Below are positions 63,501 through 64,000 of a stretch of 64,000 nucleotides of DNA, piece after piece. The notes below the pieces were generated by a model that made no database searches, had not been told where the DNA came from, and worked only from the letters and a program-made list of their open reading frames with translations. The position numbers and the translations under genes were made by a program. This DNA comes from Pocillopora damicornis (taxonomy: Eukaryota), in contig NW_020846475.1 in NCBI RefSeq assembly GCF_003704095.1, forward strand, positions 62,001 to 126,000. The letters run 5' to 3'. Positions within the stretch are counted from its first letter, which is position 1, and each line of letters begins with the position of its first letter.

Positions 63501-63668
63501 AGATACTCAAGCCATCAACTGCTTAATGAAGCCGACAAAAGAGTTGATTACAAATACCATACCTGTCTTCCATTCTGGGAAAATACTTGACGAAAGGTAC
63601 TTCGTTAACCGTGACGTTTCCCGAGCCTTTCTTAACCCATACCCTTGCAGTAGCATTTTTGCGGTCAC
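60531..63668 (-). CDS. MRPS9: Mitochondrial ribosomal protein uS9m, last five exons (5' part beyond the gap or window end)
   Basis: Exons 63668-63563 (GDRKNATARVWVKKGSGNVTVN..YF..DR), 63183-63098 (QIMSPF..DV..V.GGGHS), 62502-62422 (GQSGAIRLAISRAL), 61822-61744 (LLMKDPRIRERKKPGQKRARKKFAW) and 60543-60531 (VKR*). This is the canonical uS9 C-terminus. Confidence 0.92.
60606..60962 (-). mobile_element. Helentron-associated non-autonomous element (HINE/DINE-like) with a tRNA-derived segment and central 8-bp tandem repeat
   Basis: 13-bp asymmetric inverted repeats AGCGGAGCTCGCA at 60630-60642 and 60945-60957, a 3' hairpin tttaggcttggttaaa, and a (TACGACCG)n core. A/B-box-like TAGTCCAATGG..GGTTTTAGTCC occurs at ~60663-60718. 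Confidence 0.6.
60787..60884. repeat. Tandem 8-mer (ACGGTCGT)n
   Basis: About 11-12 near-identical units are read directly in the sequence. Confidence 0.97.
61917..62077 (-). mobile_element. Degenerate copy of the hammerhead/Penelope repeat (MRPS9 intron)
   Basis: The minus strand reads ctctgaagaagggctaacgatcgtaacgtcag followed by the family tail. GAAA is mutated to GTAA. Confidence 0.65.
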
Positions 63669-64000
63669 CTGGAGTATGCATTAAAAGACGAACAAATCAT
63701 TTGATTTGTTTGCGTTTGTTATGAATGGAAAATTTTTTCATCGGCATTATTATTTCTGTTGGATTCAATAAGGCATCGCAGCAAACGGTCCAAAGAGGAG
63801 AAATTCTCCCTTTTTTTTGACACATCAATAAGTTTGCATCATGTAGTGACCAGCGTTTTTGATGCCACGCACTGAAAAGCGTGCAANNNNNNNNNNNNNN
63901 NNNNNNNNNNNNNNNNNNNNNNNNNNNNNNNNNNNNNNNNNNNNNNNNNNNNNNNNNNNNNNNNNNNNNNNNNNNNNNNNNNNNNNTCAGGATCAATCTC

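Overview
This is eukaryotic, intron-rich animal DNA. The gene set and repeat families suggest a cnidarian, probably a stony coral (inference). There are five assembly gaps. Nine protein-coding loci are supported: a secreted vWA-TSP1-TSP1-vWA-TSP1-vWA protein (+), PDSS2 (-, 3' end unresolved), an uncharacterised low-complexity ORF (+), a beta-lactamase-fold serine hydrolase with C-terminal polyglycine-hydrolase/BTRD1-like repeats (-), a paraoxonase with unusual substitutions (-), a single-exon melatonin-receptor-like GPCR (+), an SLC16/MCT transporter (+), PICALM (-, 16 exons) and the 3' part of MRPS9 (-). The mobile DNA is the most unusual part. (1) Six copies of a Penelope-type repeat carry a minimal type I hammerhead ribozyme, and the most intact copy lies in sense orientation in the likely SLC16 3'UTR. 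(2) A 5.3-kb decayed Helitron2/Helentron with a herpesvirus-type C76 deubiquitinase remnant sits in SLC16 intron 1. (3) Nested in it are two short elements of unrelated sequence that share one architecture: an internal segment equal to the reverse complement of their joined ends. At least one of them inserted without a target-site duplication. (4) There are also TTAA-targeting MITEs and a Helentron-derived element carrying a tRNA-like head. All exon structures were read by eye from splice signals and frame continuity; no database searches were run.
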